In this document: positions 27,594 through 39,613 of the stretch, piece by piece
Position numbering within the stretch: the first letter of the stretch is position 1
How the letters are laid out: every line of letters starts with the position of its first letter
Assembly (NCBI GenBank): GCA_014905635.1
Contig: JABVCE010000016.1
Coordinates: 62,001 to 126,000 of the forward strand
Reading direction: 5' to 3'
Length of the DNA: 64,000 nt
Origin: Scenedesmus sp. PABB004
Lineage: Eukaryota
Notes under the pieces: model-generated
Told to the model about the DNA's origin: nothing
The model's input: the letters and a program-made list of their open reading frames with translations, nothing else
Databases searched by the model: none
Translations under genes and position numbers: made by a program

Positions 27594-30500
27594 GCTCGCG
27601 CCCGCCGGGCTCGCGCCCGCCGGCGAGGGAGAAGGGCGTGCAGGAGGCATAGGCAAAGTCGCCGCCGCCCGGGACGAGCAGCGGGTACAGCCCCACCACG
27701 CCCTCGCCGCTCACGCTGTCGGCGAGGCCGCCGCGCGCGTCCAGGATGCGCCACGCGCGCGTCTCCAGCTGGCAGGAACTGAGCCCCGCGCCCGCGGCGC
27801 CGGCGGCGGCGCCGTCGCTGCCGTCGCCGTCTGGCGCGGCCGCGGCCCACGCGGGCGCCGCCGCGAGCGGCTCCGGCACGCATGCCGCCCCCGCCGAGGC
27901 GTCGCAGGGCCCGATGACCAGCGCCTGGTGCTGCAGCCCGGCGGCGCCGGGCGCGCAGCGCGCGCCCGCGCCGCCGCCGCCGGCGGCCGCCAGCCACGCG
28001 TCGCGCTCGCGCGCGAGGCGCTCCCGCGCCGCCGCCTCCTGCGCCGGCGTGAGCAGCGCGAAGCGCACGGAGTAGGTGAACATCAGCCGCCCCGAGCGCG
28101 ACTCCTGCGGCACGAGCACCGCCGACCAGGTGACCTGCGGCGGCGGCGACGGCCGCGGCGTCGGCAGCGGTGACGGCCGCGGTGCCTGCGACGTGTTGTC
28201 GCGACGCGACGCCACGCGCGCGTGAACAACGCAAAAGCAGGACGCCCGCAATAAAAACCGCGGCAGTCAATGCCCCGACGATCCGCGCTGGCCACCCCGC
28301 GCCGCGCTGGCCTTCAGCGACCCCGCGCGCCCCCTGCCGAGTTCGTGCTTCCTCCCCGCACCCTCCCGACCCCTCCCGGCCCCTCCCCGGCCGTCCCGCG
28401 CCGAGTCCGTTTCGGTCGTTGCGCGCGTTCGCGCCGCCCGCCCCCCGCGCGCCGCCATGAAGTCGTCCCTGGTGTTCATCGTCGCGGCGCTGGCGCTGGC
28501 CGCCGTCGCCGGCGCCCAGACCACGCCCGCGATGCCCGCCATCACCGGCACCGTCGCGCCCGCGGCCAACGCCACCGCCATCGCCGCGCCCGCGACGCCC
28601 GCGGAGCCCGCCAAGACCGAGGCGCCCGCCACGAGCGTGGCCACGGCCGCCGTCGCCGCCAAGCCCGCGGGTGAGTCCGGACGACTTGGCCGTTGACGGC
28701 CGAGCAGGCCGCCCGGCGCGCCACGCCGCCCGCGCGCCGCGGCAGCCCCCCCCCCCCCGGCAGCTGCGCGGCGCCGGGAAGCGCCAATGAGCGTGCCCAG
28801 GAGCAAGCAGCAACGATGCCGCGCGGCGCCGCGCCTGCGATCCGCCGCCGCTGCAGAGCCCAAGGCCGCCACCACCCCCAAGGCCCCGGCCAAGAAGAAC
28901 GCGGGCGCCAACAAGAAGTGAGCGCGCGCCGCCGCCGGCCGGCCGCCGCCCGGAGCCGCGGCGGCGAGTGCGTGCGCCGGCTCACCGCCGGCCGCGACCG
29001 CAGGAACGCTGGCGCGAAGAAGGCCGCCAACAAGGCTCAGCCCAAGAAGGCCGCCGCCGACAAGAACGCTGCCATCGCTGCCGTGCCCGCCACCACCGCC
29101 GCGCCGGCGACCCCCGCCATGCCCGCCGCCACCGCCGGCAGCCGCCACCTGCTGGAGGAGCCTGCCGCTGCGGCTGCCGCCGCCCAGCCCGTCGCTGTGG
29201 CTGCCACCGAGGCCAAGCCCGCTGCGCCCAAGGCCGCCGAGGCCAAGCCCGCTGATGCCAAGAAGGTGACCAAGAAGGCTGGCGGCGCCAAGAAGGCTGC
29301 CACCCCCAAGCCCGCCAAGAAGGCCGGCGCCACCCGCACCCTGCTGGAGGAGCCCGCCGCCGCCCAGCCCGCGCCCGCGGCTGCCCAGCCCGCTGCCGCC
29401 GCCCAGCCCGTCGCTGTGGCTGCCACCGAGGCCAAGCCCGCTGCGCCCAAGGCCGCCGAGGCCAAGCCCGCTGATGCCAAGAAGGTGACCAAGAAGGCTG
29501 GCGGCGCCAAGAAGGCTGCCACCCCCAAGCCCGCCAAGAAGGCCGGCGCCACCCGCACCCTGCTGGAGGAGCCCGCCGCCGCCCAGCCAGCGGCCGCCCA
29601 GCCAGCGGCCGCCCAGCCAGCGGCCGCCCAGCCAGCGGCCGCCCAGCCCGCGGCTGCCCAGCCCGCTGCCGCCGCCCAGCCCGTGGCTGTGGCTGCCACC
29701 GAGGCCAAGCCCGCTGCGCCCAAGGCCGCCGAGGCCAAGCCCGCTGATGCCAAGAAGGTGACCAAGAAGGCTGGCGGCGCCAAGAAGGCTGCCACCCCCA
29801 AGCCCGCCAAGAAGGCCGGCGCCACCCGCACCCTGCTGGAGGAGCCCGCAGCCGCCCAGCCCGCGCCCGCGGCTGCCCAGCCCGCTGCCGCCGCCCAGCC
29901 CGTGGCTGTGGCTGCCACCGAGGCCAAGCCCGCTGCGCCCAAGGCCGCCGAGGCCAAGCCCGCTGATGCCAAGAAGGTGACCAAGAAGGCTGGCGGCGCC
30001 AAGAAGGCTGCCACCCCCAAGCCCGCCAAGAAGGCCGGCGCCACCCGCACCCTGCTGGAGGAGCCCGCCGCCGCCCAGCCCGCGCCCGCGGCTGCCCAGC
30101 CCGCTGCCGCCGCCCAGCCCGTGGCTGTGGCTGCCACCGAGGCCAAGCCCGCTGCGCCCAAGGCCGCCGAGGCCAAGCCCGCTGATGCCAAGAAGGTGAC
30201 CAAGAAGGCTGGCGGCGCCAAGAAGGCTGCCACCCCCAAGCCCGCCAAGAAGGCCGGCGCCACCCGCACCCTGCTGGAGGAGCCCGCCGCCGCCCAGCCC
30301 GCGGCCGCCCAGCCCGCGCCCGCTGCCGCCGCCCAGCCCGTGGCTGTGGCTGCCACCGAGGCCAAGCCCGCTGCGCCCAAGGCCGCCGAGGCCAAGCCCG
30401 CTGATGCCAAGAAGGTGACCAAGAAGGCTGGCGGCGCCAAGAAGGCTGCCACCCCCAAGCCCGCCAAGTCCCAGAACCGCAAGGTCGCTGCCGGCACCAA

Positions 30501-32602
30501 GCCCTGAACGGGCCAGCCTGATGGAAGGTTTGATGGAAGGTTTGAGCCTCTCAAACCCAACCCACGCGCGCCCTGCACAAGGGCGCGCCCCTGGTTCCCC
30601 GTGTGTGTGTGCTAGCTAGGCCGGTGTGCGTTTGTGTGTGTGTCGGGCCCATGCGTGGCTGCTGGCAGCAGCACCGTGATTGATTTCTGCCGGTGCATGC
30701 CTTTCGTCCGCACGGTGCGCGGGCGACCAGCAGCCAGCGCGGGAGCGGGCAGCAGGCCGGGCGGCCGGGCCCTGGGCCTAGGCGGGCAGCCGGCGGCGGC
30801 GAGGATTTTCCCCGCCCTCTCCTGCCCCGGCTGGGTGCCGCGTGGCCGCATGCAGCGCTGTGATTGCGCCTGCCACCAGACCGGCCCCCCGACTGCGGTA
30901 ACCCCGAGGAGGCCGCGCCCAACGCCACACGCAGCGACCACCGCAACCGCGCGCAAACAACACGACACGCAAACGGCGGCGCCGCACCTGCACGCCGCGC
31001 GTGATCGCGGTCGCCGCCGCGGGGTAGCAGCGCGGGTAGAGGGAGATTGCGCCCGCCACCTGTCGCAAGCGCAGCGGGCGCTCAGCACACAGCAGGCGCT
31101 GTGCCGGCGCTGGCGACGGCAGCAGCATCGCCAGCGGGCAGCGGGGCGCAGCGGCGACGCGCACCTGCACGCCCGCCTCCTCCAGCGAGCCCCTGGCGTT
31201 GGAGTCGGCCTCGCAGCCGCCGTACCAGCCGGCCGCCAGGCGGCGGGCGTACTCCTCAAACCAGCTGCGGCGGGGGCGACCAGCGGCAGCCGCGTCAGCA
31301 TCAGCAGCCGCGGCGGTGGCGGCGAGCAGGCAGCTCGCGCGCCCGCGCAGCGGGCTCCCTGCGCCCCCCGCCGCGCACCGCACGAGGCCGTCGCACGCGC
31401 CGCCCTCGCCGCCCGGCGGCGCGAGCGGCCAGTCCTGCTGCGGCAGCTTGAGGTAAACGTCGCCGCTCTCGCAGTCCAGCACGCACACCTGCGGCGCGGC
31501 GCGGCGCGGCGTCGCTGCTCGGCAGGGCTCGGCGCAGCGCGCCGCGGCCACGCCGCGAGGGCGCCACACACGGCCGGCGCGCGCACGCGGCCCCGCGCCT
31601 TGTCGTTGGGCCTGAAGGAGCGCGCAAACACGACGTGCCCCGCGGGCAGCAGCGGCTGCCGCGCGCCCATCGGCTGCGGCGGCGGCGGCGGCGGCGGCGT
31701 GGGCGGCGGCGCGGGCGCCGCGCCGCGGCGCCGCCCGGCGCCGCCCCTGGCCTCGCCGGCCGCCCGCGCTGCCGCGGCGTGCCGCGCACCCGTATGCTGC
31801 GGTAGAGCAGCGACTGCTGCACCACGTCGGCGAGCGGCTGCAGCGCGTTGCTCGTGACGTGGTCGTAGAAAACGAGGGTGCCAAACAGCCCCAGCAGCAG
31901 CCGCGGCGGCGGCGCGCCGGCGGGGCCCTGCTGCAGCTGCAGGTCCTGCCCGTTGTGCACGCTGCGGCGGACGCGCGGCGGCGGGCGCGGCGCGCGGCGG
32001 CGCTCGGCGGCGCTCGGCGCCGCCCCGCCGCGCGCGGGCCCAGCGCGTGCCGCGCCGCGCGGCGCCCCACCGGTAGATGCAGCGCAGCGCGAGCGGCAGC
32101 GGGTGCCCGAGCGCGGCCTCGGCCTCGGCGACCTGCGCCGGCGTCGCGCCGGGGTTGAGCGTCTCCAGCACCTGGGGCGCGTGCTCGCGCAGCCACGCTT
32201 TGAGGCCGCCCCACGCCGCCAGCGCCCGCGCGAGCATCGGGCCGGCCACGTCCCCGTACGCGCCGCGCCAGGCCGCGTACGCCGCCCTGCGGCGGCGGCG
32301 GCGGGGTCGCGCGGCGGCGGGTCGCGCGGCGGGCGCGCACGCCCGCACGCGGGCGCGCGCCCGCTCTCGCGCGCCCCGCACCTGAAGCCGGCCGCGGGCG
32401 CGCCGTCGGGGCCCGCCGGCGCGGTCGCGGCAAAGTCGGCGGCAAGGTGGGGCCGCCAGACCGCGTCGTCGCCCGCGCCGGCGCGCCAGAGCGGGTGCAC
32501 GCACGCCGCGCGCGCCGCGTCGGCCGGCGGGAGGCGCGCAAAGATGGCGGCCTGGCAGACCAGCTCCAGGTCGTTGAAGCCCGTCGGCGGGGCCGCGGCC
32601 AT
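27406..32602 (-). CDS. SKIP16: F-box protein SKIP16-like (F-box + SMI1/KNR4-like + ApaG), 8 exons, last intron 28135-30987
   Basis: F-box (FARLPPADAARAACVHPLWR); LNPGAT..AEAALGHPLPLALRCIYRVHNGQ; TAITRGVQ spliced GT-AG to VTWSAVLVPQES..FTYSVRF; ApaG motifs CQLETRAWRI..VSGEGVVGLYPLL..GGMEG. Confidence 0.88.
28457..30507 (+). CDS. Secreted Ala/Pro/Lys-rich repeat polyprotein (about 592 aa), nested antisense in the SKIP16 intron
   Basis: Exons 28457-28670, 28857-28917 and 29004-30507 with GT-AG introns in matching phases. Signal peptide MKSSLVFIVAALALAAVAGA. Six repeats start at R[H/T]LLEE. Confidence 0.88.
29143..30467 (+). repeat. Coding tandem repeat, six units of about 190-273 bp
   Basis: RxLL codons at 29143, 29335, 29554, 29827, 30046 and 30265. 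Units are nearly identical and differ mainly in the number of AAQP(A) sub-repeats. Confidence 0.95.
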
Positions 32603-33114
32603 CGCGCCGGCGCCGCTGCTGCTGCCGCGCGCGCCGCTGGGCCTGGGGCGGGCGCGCCGCGGCGCTGCCGGTTCCAAGGCGGTGATAGCCGTTCGCTGCC
32701 GCCCTGGCCGGGCGCGCGGGGCGAACCGGGGGCGCTGGCGGCGGTGCGCTGCTGCTGCTGCTGCTGCTGCTGCTGCGGCGGCGGCGGCGCGGCGACGCAG
32801 ATGTCAACGGGGCGTCGAGAGTGCAGCGTCTGGCGCTGTGCGCCCCATCACAAGGTGCAACCGGCCGCAGAGCAGCAGCAGGACCCCGCCCTGGCAGCTC
32901 AACCGCTGGCCTTCCCGTCGTAGCGCGGCGTGACGCTGCGTGGGAGCGCCCCTCCGCCACTGCGACCTCGCGCGGCCCGCGCGCGCCGCCCCACGCCCCG
33001 CGCCGGCGGCCATCACAGGCGACTGCTCCGCGCCCGCGCCTGCAAGGCGCCTCGCCGCGCTCGCGCACCGTGCGCACCGGAGGGCCGCGCCGGGATCAGG
33101 CCTTGAGGCCCGCC

Positions 33115-36100
33115 ATGGCGGACAGCTGGGAGGACGCGGCGGAGCCGCCCAAGCCGTTCGTGCCCCGGGCAGCCGCGCCCGCCTTTGTGCCGCGCGCCTC
33201 GGCCCCCGCGTTCGTGCCGGGTCAGGCCATCTACGCCCCCGCGCCGGCGGCGCCGCGGGCGCCGCAGCAGCAGCAGCCGCCGGCGCCTCCGGCAGCGGCG
33301 GCGCCGCCACCGCCGCAGCCGCCGGCGCCCGCGCCCGCGCCGCAGCAGGCGGCGCCGCCGCCGCCGGCGCCGGCGCCGGCCGCGCCGCCCGCAGCCGCGG
33401 GCGCCGCCGACGGCCTCGCGAGCGCGGCGGCAGCGCTGTCGCTGTCCGGCGGCGGCGCCGCCGCCGCCGCGCCGCCGCCGGCCGACGACGAGCCGATGCC
33501 CGACGCGCCGCCGCCGGCGGCGCCGGCAGCCGCGCCGCCGGCGGACGCGGAGGAGCTCGACGCGCCGCCCGTGGACGAGGGGCGCGTGATGGACGCGTAC
33601 CGGCGGCTGCTCGCGGAGGACCCGCGGGACCACCTCAACGTCGTGTTCATCGGCCACGTCGACGCGGGCAAGTCGACGCTCGGGGGGCAGATCCTCTTCC
33701 TCACCGGCGGCGTGGACAAGCGCACGATCGAAAAGTACGAGCGCGAGGCAAAGGACAAGAACCGCGAGTCGTGGTACATGGCCTACATCATGGACACAAA
33801 CGAGGAGGAGCGCGTCAAGGGCATCACCGTCGAGGTGACCGCGCAGTGCCCGCACATTGCGCCGCCCGCGCGAATTGCGCCACCCGCGCGCATCGGCGGC
33901 CGCGCACTGGCTGGCAGCGCGGCGGGGCGGCGGGTGCGGGGCGCGGCGGCGCGGGCGCCGACGCCTGCGCCGCCCCGCCGCCGCCGCCCGACCGTGCCAG
34001 GTCGGGCGCGCCAAGTTTGAGACCGAGCGGCGGCGCTACACCATCCTGGACGCGCCGGGGCACAAGAACTACGTGCCCAACATGATCATGGGCGCGGCGC
34101 AGGCGCGGCGCTGCGGCGCGCGGGGCTGCGGGCGGGGCTGCGGCGCCCGGCGGCGCCGGGGCGAGCACGGGGACGGGGCCGCAGCAGGCGGCCGGCAGCC
34201 GGCCGCGCCGCGCCGCCCGCCCCGTCAACGCCTGTGCTGTGGCGCCGCGCCGCGCCGCGCCGCGCGCAGGCGGACGTCGCGGTGTTGGTGATCAGCAGCC
34301 GCAAGGGCGAGTACGAGACGGGCTTTGAGAAGGGCGGCCAGACGCGGGAGCACGCGCAGCTCGCCAAGACACTGGGCGTGGTCAAGCTGGTGGTCGTGGT
34401 CAACAAGCTCGACGACCACAGCGTCGTCGGCCCCGGCGGCGTGTGGTCGCAGGACCGGTGCGCGGGGCCGGCGCGCGCGCCGCGCAGCGCCCCGGGAGCC
34501 GCCGGCGGCGGCGGCCAGCTGCGGCCGGCAGCGGGCGCTCGGCGCGCCGCCCGCTGGCCGCGCTCCTGAGCCGCCCGCTCCCTCGCCCCCGCCCCCGTCT
34601 CCCTCCCTCGCCACCCTCTCCCCCCTCCCGCCCTGCCGCCCTTGCAGGTACGACGAGATCGTCAAGGGCCTCACGCCATTCCTCAAGACCTGCGGCTACA
34701 ACCCCAAGAAGGACCTCACATTCATACCCATCAGCGCCCTGCACGGCCACAACGTCCGCGACCGCGCGGCGCCCGAGGCGCGTGCTCGCGGGGCGCGCGC
34801 CCGCGCGCGCGCGGCGGCGCGGGTCGCGCGGCGCCGCCGCGCCCTGCACTGCCGCTGACGCGCAGCTGACGTGGCGCCGCGCGCACCGCGCCGCGCGCTG
34901 CCACAGGTGTGCCCCTGGTACGACGGGCCGACGCTGTTCGAGACGCTCGACACCGTGGAGGTGCCCACGCGGTGAGACCCCCGCCGCCGCCGCCGCCCGC
35001 GCCGCACCCCCGTCCCCGTCCCGTCCCCGCCTCGCGCTTCACCCCCGCCCGCGCCGCCCCGCCGCGCCGCCGACGCGCCGCGTCGCATCGCAGCGAGCCG
35101 ACCGCGCCGTTCCGCATGCCGATCGTGGACAAGTACCGCGACATGGGCACCATGGTCATGGGCAAGAGCGAGGCGGGGCTGGTGCAGCTCGGCGACGTGC
35201 TGCAGGCGCGCCTCGCGCCGCGCCGCCGCCGCGCAGCCGCGCCGCCGCCGCTGTGCCGCGCCGCGCGCCGCGCCGCCGCCGTCGTCCCCCACGCGCGCGC
35301 CCCGCGCTGCTCCGGCCCTGCTCCTGCACGCCGAGGCAGGGCGGGGCGAGCGCGAGGGGCGCGTGCGGGGGCGACGTGCTGCGCCCCCGCCTCCCTCTCA
35401 CCCTCCCTCACCTCGCCTCGACTCTCTCCTTGCCCGCCTCCCTCATGCCGCCCCTCGCCCCGTCGCCCCCGCGCCCCGTCGCCGCTCTCGCCGCCCTCGC
35501 CCCGTCGCCCCGTCGCCTGAACCCTGGCCCTGGCCCTAAACCCTGGCCCCAGGTGATGCCCAACAAGCTGCGCGTCAAGGTCGAGGCGATCTTCCGGGAC
35601 GAGCAGGAGGGCTTTGCCGCGCGCGCGGGCGAGAACCTGCGCCTGCGCATCAGCGGCGCGGAGGAGGCGGACGTCAACACCGGCTTCGTGCTCTGCAGGC
35701 GCGCGCCGCGCCCGCCACGGCTGCCGCGGCCCCGCGCCGCGCCCGCGCGCCGCCTGCGCCCGGGCCGCCCGCGCCGCCGCCGCGCCGCGCACGCCCCGCC
35801 CGCGCCGGCGCCGCCCCTGACCCGACCCCGCGCGCCGCCGCCGCCGCGCCGCGCCGCGCCTGGCGCCGCGCAGCGTCAAGAACCCGGTGCCGCTCGTGTC
35901 GACGTTCGAGTGCCAGCTCGTCATCCTGGAGCTGCTGGAGCACAACCCCATCTTTACGGTCGGCTACCGGTGCGCGCCGCCGCGGCGCGGCCGCCCCGCC
36001 CCCCTCCGCCTCCTGCGCGCGCGGAGGCCCCTCTGTCTCCCGCGCGCGCCCGCGCTCACACGCCCACACAACCCGCACCGCACGCGCGCGCGTGCGCACG

Positions 36101-36538
36101 CGCGCGCAGGAGCGTGCTGCACATCCACACCATCGTCGAGGAGTGCGAGGTCACCAAGCTCGTGCACGCGATCGACATGAAGACCAAGGAGAACAAAAAG
36201 GCACGGCGGTTTAGGGCAGGGCGGAGCGGGGGTTGAGGGCGCGCCGGGCGGCGGGGAGAGGGCGGCGGGGGCGCGGGGCGCGGCGCGCCGCCGCAGCGGC
36301 GCGGCCGCCACGGCGCCGCCAGGCTGACGCCGCCGTCGTGGCCGCCGCGCCCGCCGCCGCCGCGCCACAGGTCAAGTACGTCAAGAGCGGCGCGATGTGC
36401 GTGTGCCGCATCACGACCGAGAAGCCGGTGTGCATCGAGGCGTTTGGCGACCTCCCCGCGATGGGCCGCTTCACGCTGCGCGACGAGGGCCGCACCATCG
36501 CGATCGGCAAGGTCACCAAGCTGCCCAAGAACCACTGA
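33115..36538 (+). CDS. eRF3: Eukaryotic release factor 3 (GTP-binding subunit), 10 exons
   Basis: MADSWED; PAM2-like FVP repeats; [71 protein letters not shown]. Confidence 0.97.
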
Positions 36539-37224
36539 GCCCGCCGGCCGGGGTCACTGAGCCTGCGCGGCGCCGGGGCGGCGGCGGAGCCGGGCCTGCC
36601 GCCTGGCCGCCGGGGCGCCGAGGGGCCGGCCGGCCCCCGCGCGGCGGCCGTTTTGTTGCGAGGGCGCCGCGCGGCGGCTCCTGCGGGGCCGGGGAGGGAG
36701 CACGGAGCGGGGGCAGCAGCAGGAGCAGCGCAGGGGCTGGCGCGCTGGCGCGCGCCGGGCGTTTGGCAGCCAGCTGCGCGAGGCGGCGGGCTGGCGCGCG
36801 CGCCGGGTCCTAGCAGGCAGCGGACGCGTTGCGGGACGGGGTGTGGGGGGGGGGATTGGCGGCCGGGGGAGTGAGGGCGGCTGCACGCGCGCATGGGCGG
36901 TCGAGCGAGGGCAACGGTGCCCCGCGCGGAGCGCGCGCGCCGCGCCCGGCGCCGGCGGCGCCGCAAGCAAACGCAGCAGCAGCAGCTGCTGGCGCAGAGA
37001 TGATGGGCAGCGCCTGGATCGGCGCGCCCACGCAGCGAGCCGCTGGGCAGCCGAGCGCCGCGCTTTTGCTGCTGCGCCGCGCAAGGCGGCCTCTCGCCGC
37101 CGCCGCTCGCCGGTCCCGCTGATATCAAACCGCTCCGCACGATCGAACGACGCCTGGTTGTCGTGCCCGCGCGAGCCCACTCGCCACGCCAGCGCATCGC
37201 CCCGACTCCGCGCGCTCCCCGGCC

Positions 37225-39525
37225 ATGCTGCGCGGCCAGGCGTCCACCCGGGCGGCGGCCCGGCCGGCGGCTCGCGGCGCCGCGCTCGGGGCGGCGCCGC
37301 TGCGCTGCCGCCGCGCGGCGGCAGCGGCGGAGCAGCGGCCGCGCGCGGCGGCGGCGCCCGCGGTCGCGCCGGGCGCGCCCGCGCCCGCGCCGCGCCGCTC
37401 CGGAGCCGGCGGCGCCCTGGCGCAGCGCCCGGGCGCGTCGCGGCGGCGCGCGCTGCGCGTGGCTGCGGTCGCGCTGATGCCGAGCGCCAAGGACGACCGG
37501 CTGCCCGTCACCGTCATCACCGGCTTCCTGGGCAGGTGCGGCCCCCAGCTGCCTGGCGCATACGGCCCTGCACCGCCGCGCGCCGCGCTCGCACGCCGGC
37601 AGCGGCGGCCGCCGCCGCTGCGGACCGCCGCTCGCGCGCGGCGCCGCCGACGCGTCGTCCGCGCGCGGCCGCCGCGCGCAGCGGCAAGACGACGCTGCTG
37701 AACCGCATCCTCACCGGCGACCACGGCAAGCGCATCGCGGTCATCGAGAACGAGTTTGGCGAGATCGACATCGACTCGGAGCTCGTCGCGCGCACGGGTG
37801 CGGCGGCGCACGCGGCGGCGGCGGCGGCGCGCGGCAGCCGGCGGGGGTCCCAGCGCCAGCGCGGCGGGGGCGCGCCGCCGCGGCGGCGCTCATGCGCGCG
37901 CGCCGCGCGGCGTGCGCCGCGCAGAGACGCTGGAGGGCACGGGCGACGCTGTGACGATGCTGAACAACGGCTGCCTCTGCTGCACCGTGCGCGAGGATCT
38001 CGTCAAGGTGCGGCGGCGGCGGCCGGGGGCAGCGGCGGCGGTGGCGACAGCAGCGGCAGCAGCGGCAGCAGCGGCGGCGGCGGCGGCGGCGGCGACGGCA
38101 GCAGCAGCGGCAGCGGCGGCGGCGGCGGCGGCAGCCGGGGCGGCGCGGCGCGCCGAGGCCACGGCCAGCAGGGAGCGCCGGCGCACTCCCTCACCGCGCT
38201 GGCCCACCCGCCGCCGCCGCTGCGGCCGCGCGCCTGCATCGCCTGCGCCGCGTGCAGGCGCTGAACAAGCTTTACGAGCGGCGCGAGCAGCTGGACCACA
38301 TCATCATTGAGACCACCGGCCTCGCCAACCCGGGGCCGATCGTGTCGAGCTTCTACATGGACCAGCAGGCGCGCCGCCTGGCTGAACGGCGTGGGCAGCG
38401 GGCGGGCGGGCGGCTGGCTGACGGGGCGCTGGGCTGGTGGGGGCCAGCGTGCAGCGCGCGCGGCGGCGGCGCGGGGCCGCCCCGCCGACGCGCGGCGCCG
38501 CGCCGCCGCCGCCGCCGCCGCCGCTGCCGCCGCCGCCGGCCCGCCGCAGCTGCCGGACCGCGTGCGCCTGGACGGCATCGTGACGGTCGTGGACGCGAAG
38601 CACGTGACCCGGCACCTCGACGCCGCGGAGGCCGACCCCGAGCGCGTGAGCGAGGCGGTGGAGCAGGTCGCGATGGCTGACGTCATTGTGCTCAACAAGG
38701 CAGACCTGGTCGACAAGGCGAGCGCGCAGAGCACCCCGCGCGGCGCGGCGCATGCTGCGCTTGTGGTGTGTTGTGCGCGCGTGACGAGTGCGGTGTGTGC
38801 GCGCGTGTGCGTGCGCGTGTGTGTGTGGCGCACTGGCGGCCGGTGCGCCGCCGCGCGGCGCGCGCCCGCCGCTCGCTGACGCGCCCGCGCCCGCGGCCAT
38901 GGCTGCCCGCAGGACTTCCTGGCGTCGCTGTCGCAGCGGCTGCGCGGCGTCAACGCGCTGGCGCCGATCACCGCGACGTCGCGCGCGGAGGTGCGCCGCG
39001 CGCCGCACGCCCCGGGGCCGGCGGCCCGCCTCGCGCGCCGGCGCCGCGGCCGCCGAGCCCCTGCGTGTTCCCTGCGCGCCGCCGCGGCCAGGTGCCGCTG
39101 GCGAGCCTGCTGGGGCTGCGCGGCTTTGAGCTGGAGGCGGTGGAGGGGGCGCTGGCGGGCATGGACAAGCGCGCGGCGCTCGACCCGGGGCACGTGTGCG
39201 GGCCGGAGTGCGACCACGACCACGACCACGCGCACGACCACGGCCACGCACACGCGCACGATCACGCGCACAGCCACGATCACGACGAGCACAGCCACGA
39301 GCACAGCCACGGGCACGGCGAGGCCTCGGCCAGCGGCGCCGGCCACGACCACGACCACGGGCACGAGCACGGGCACGAGCACGGCGCCGAGTGCGGGCCG
39401 GGCTGCACCAACCCCGACCACGACCACAGCCACGACCACGCGCCGGCCAAGCCGCTGCACAACGACAAGGCGCGCGGCGGGGCTGCGCCCTCCCGCGCCC
39501 CCGCCGCGCGCTCCCACGCGCCCGC

Positions 39526-39613
<88 letters not shown>

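Noticed and set aside
29143..30467. Repeat array as CRISPR, or the protein as histone H1
   Set aside because: No unique spacers and the context is eukaryotic. The protein has a signal peptide and no H1 globular domain.
29037..30578. 513-aa hydrophobic ORF on the minus strand
   Set aside because: Antisense shadow of the repeat protein; the + frame has the signal peptide, splice sites and codon bias.
30539..30619. Hairpins (30539-30557, 30566-30588) followed by CTAG as a Helitron 3' end explaining the nested gene
   Set aside because: The spacing (23 nt) and flanking base do not fit the consensus, and no 5' TC end or AT target could be identified.
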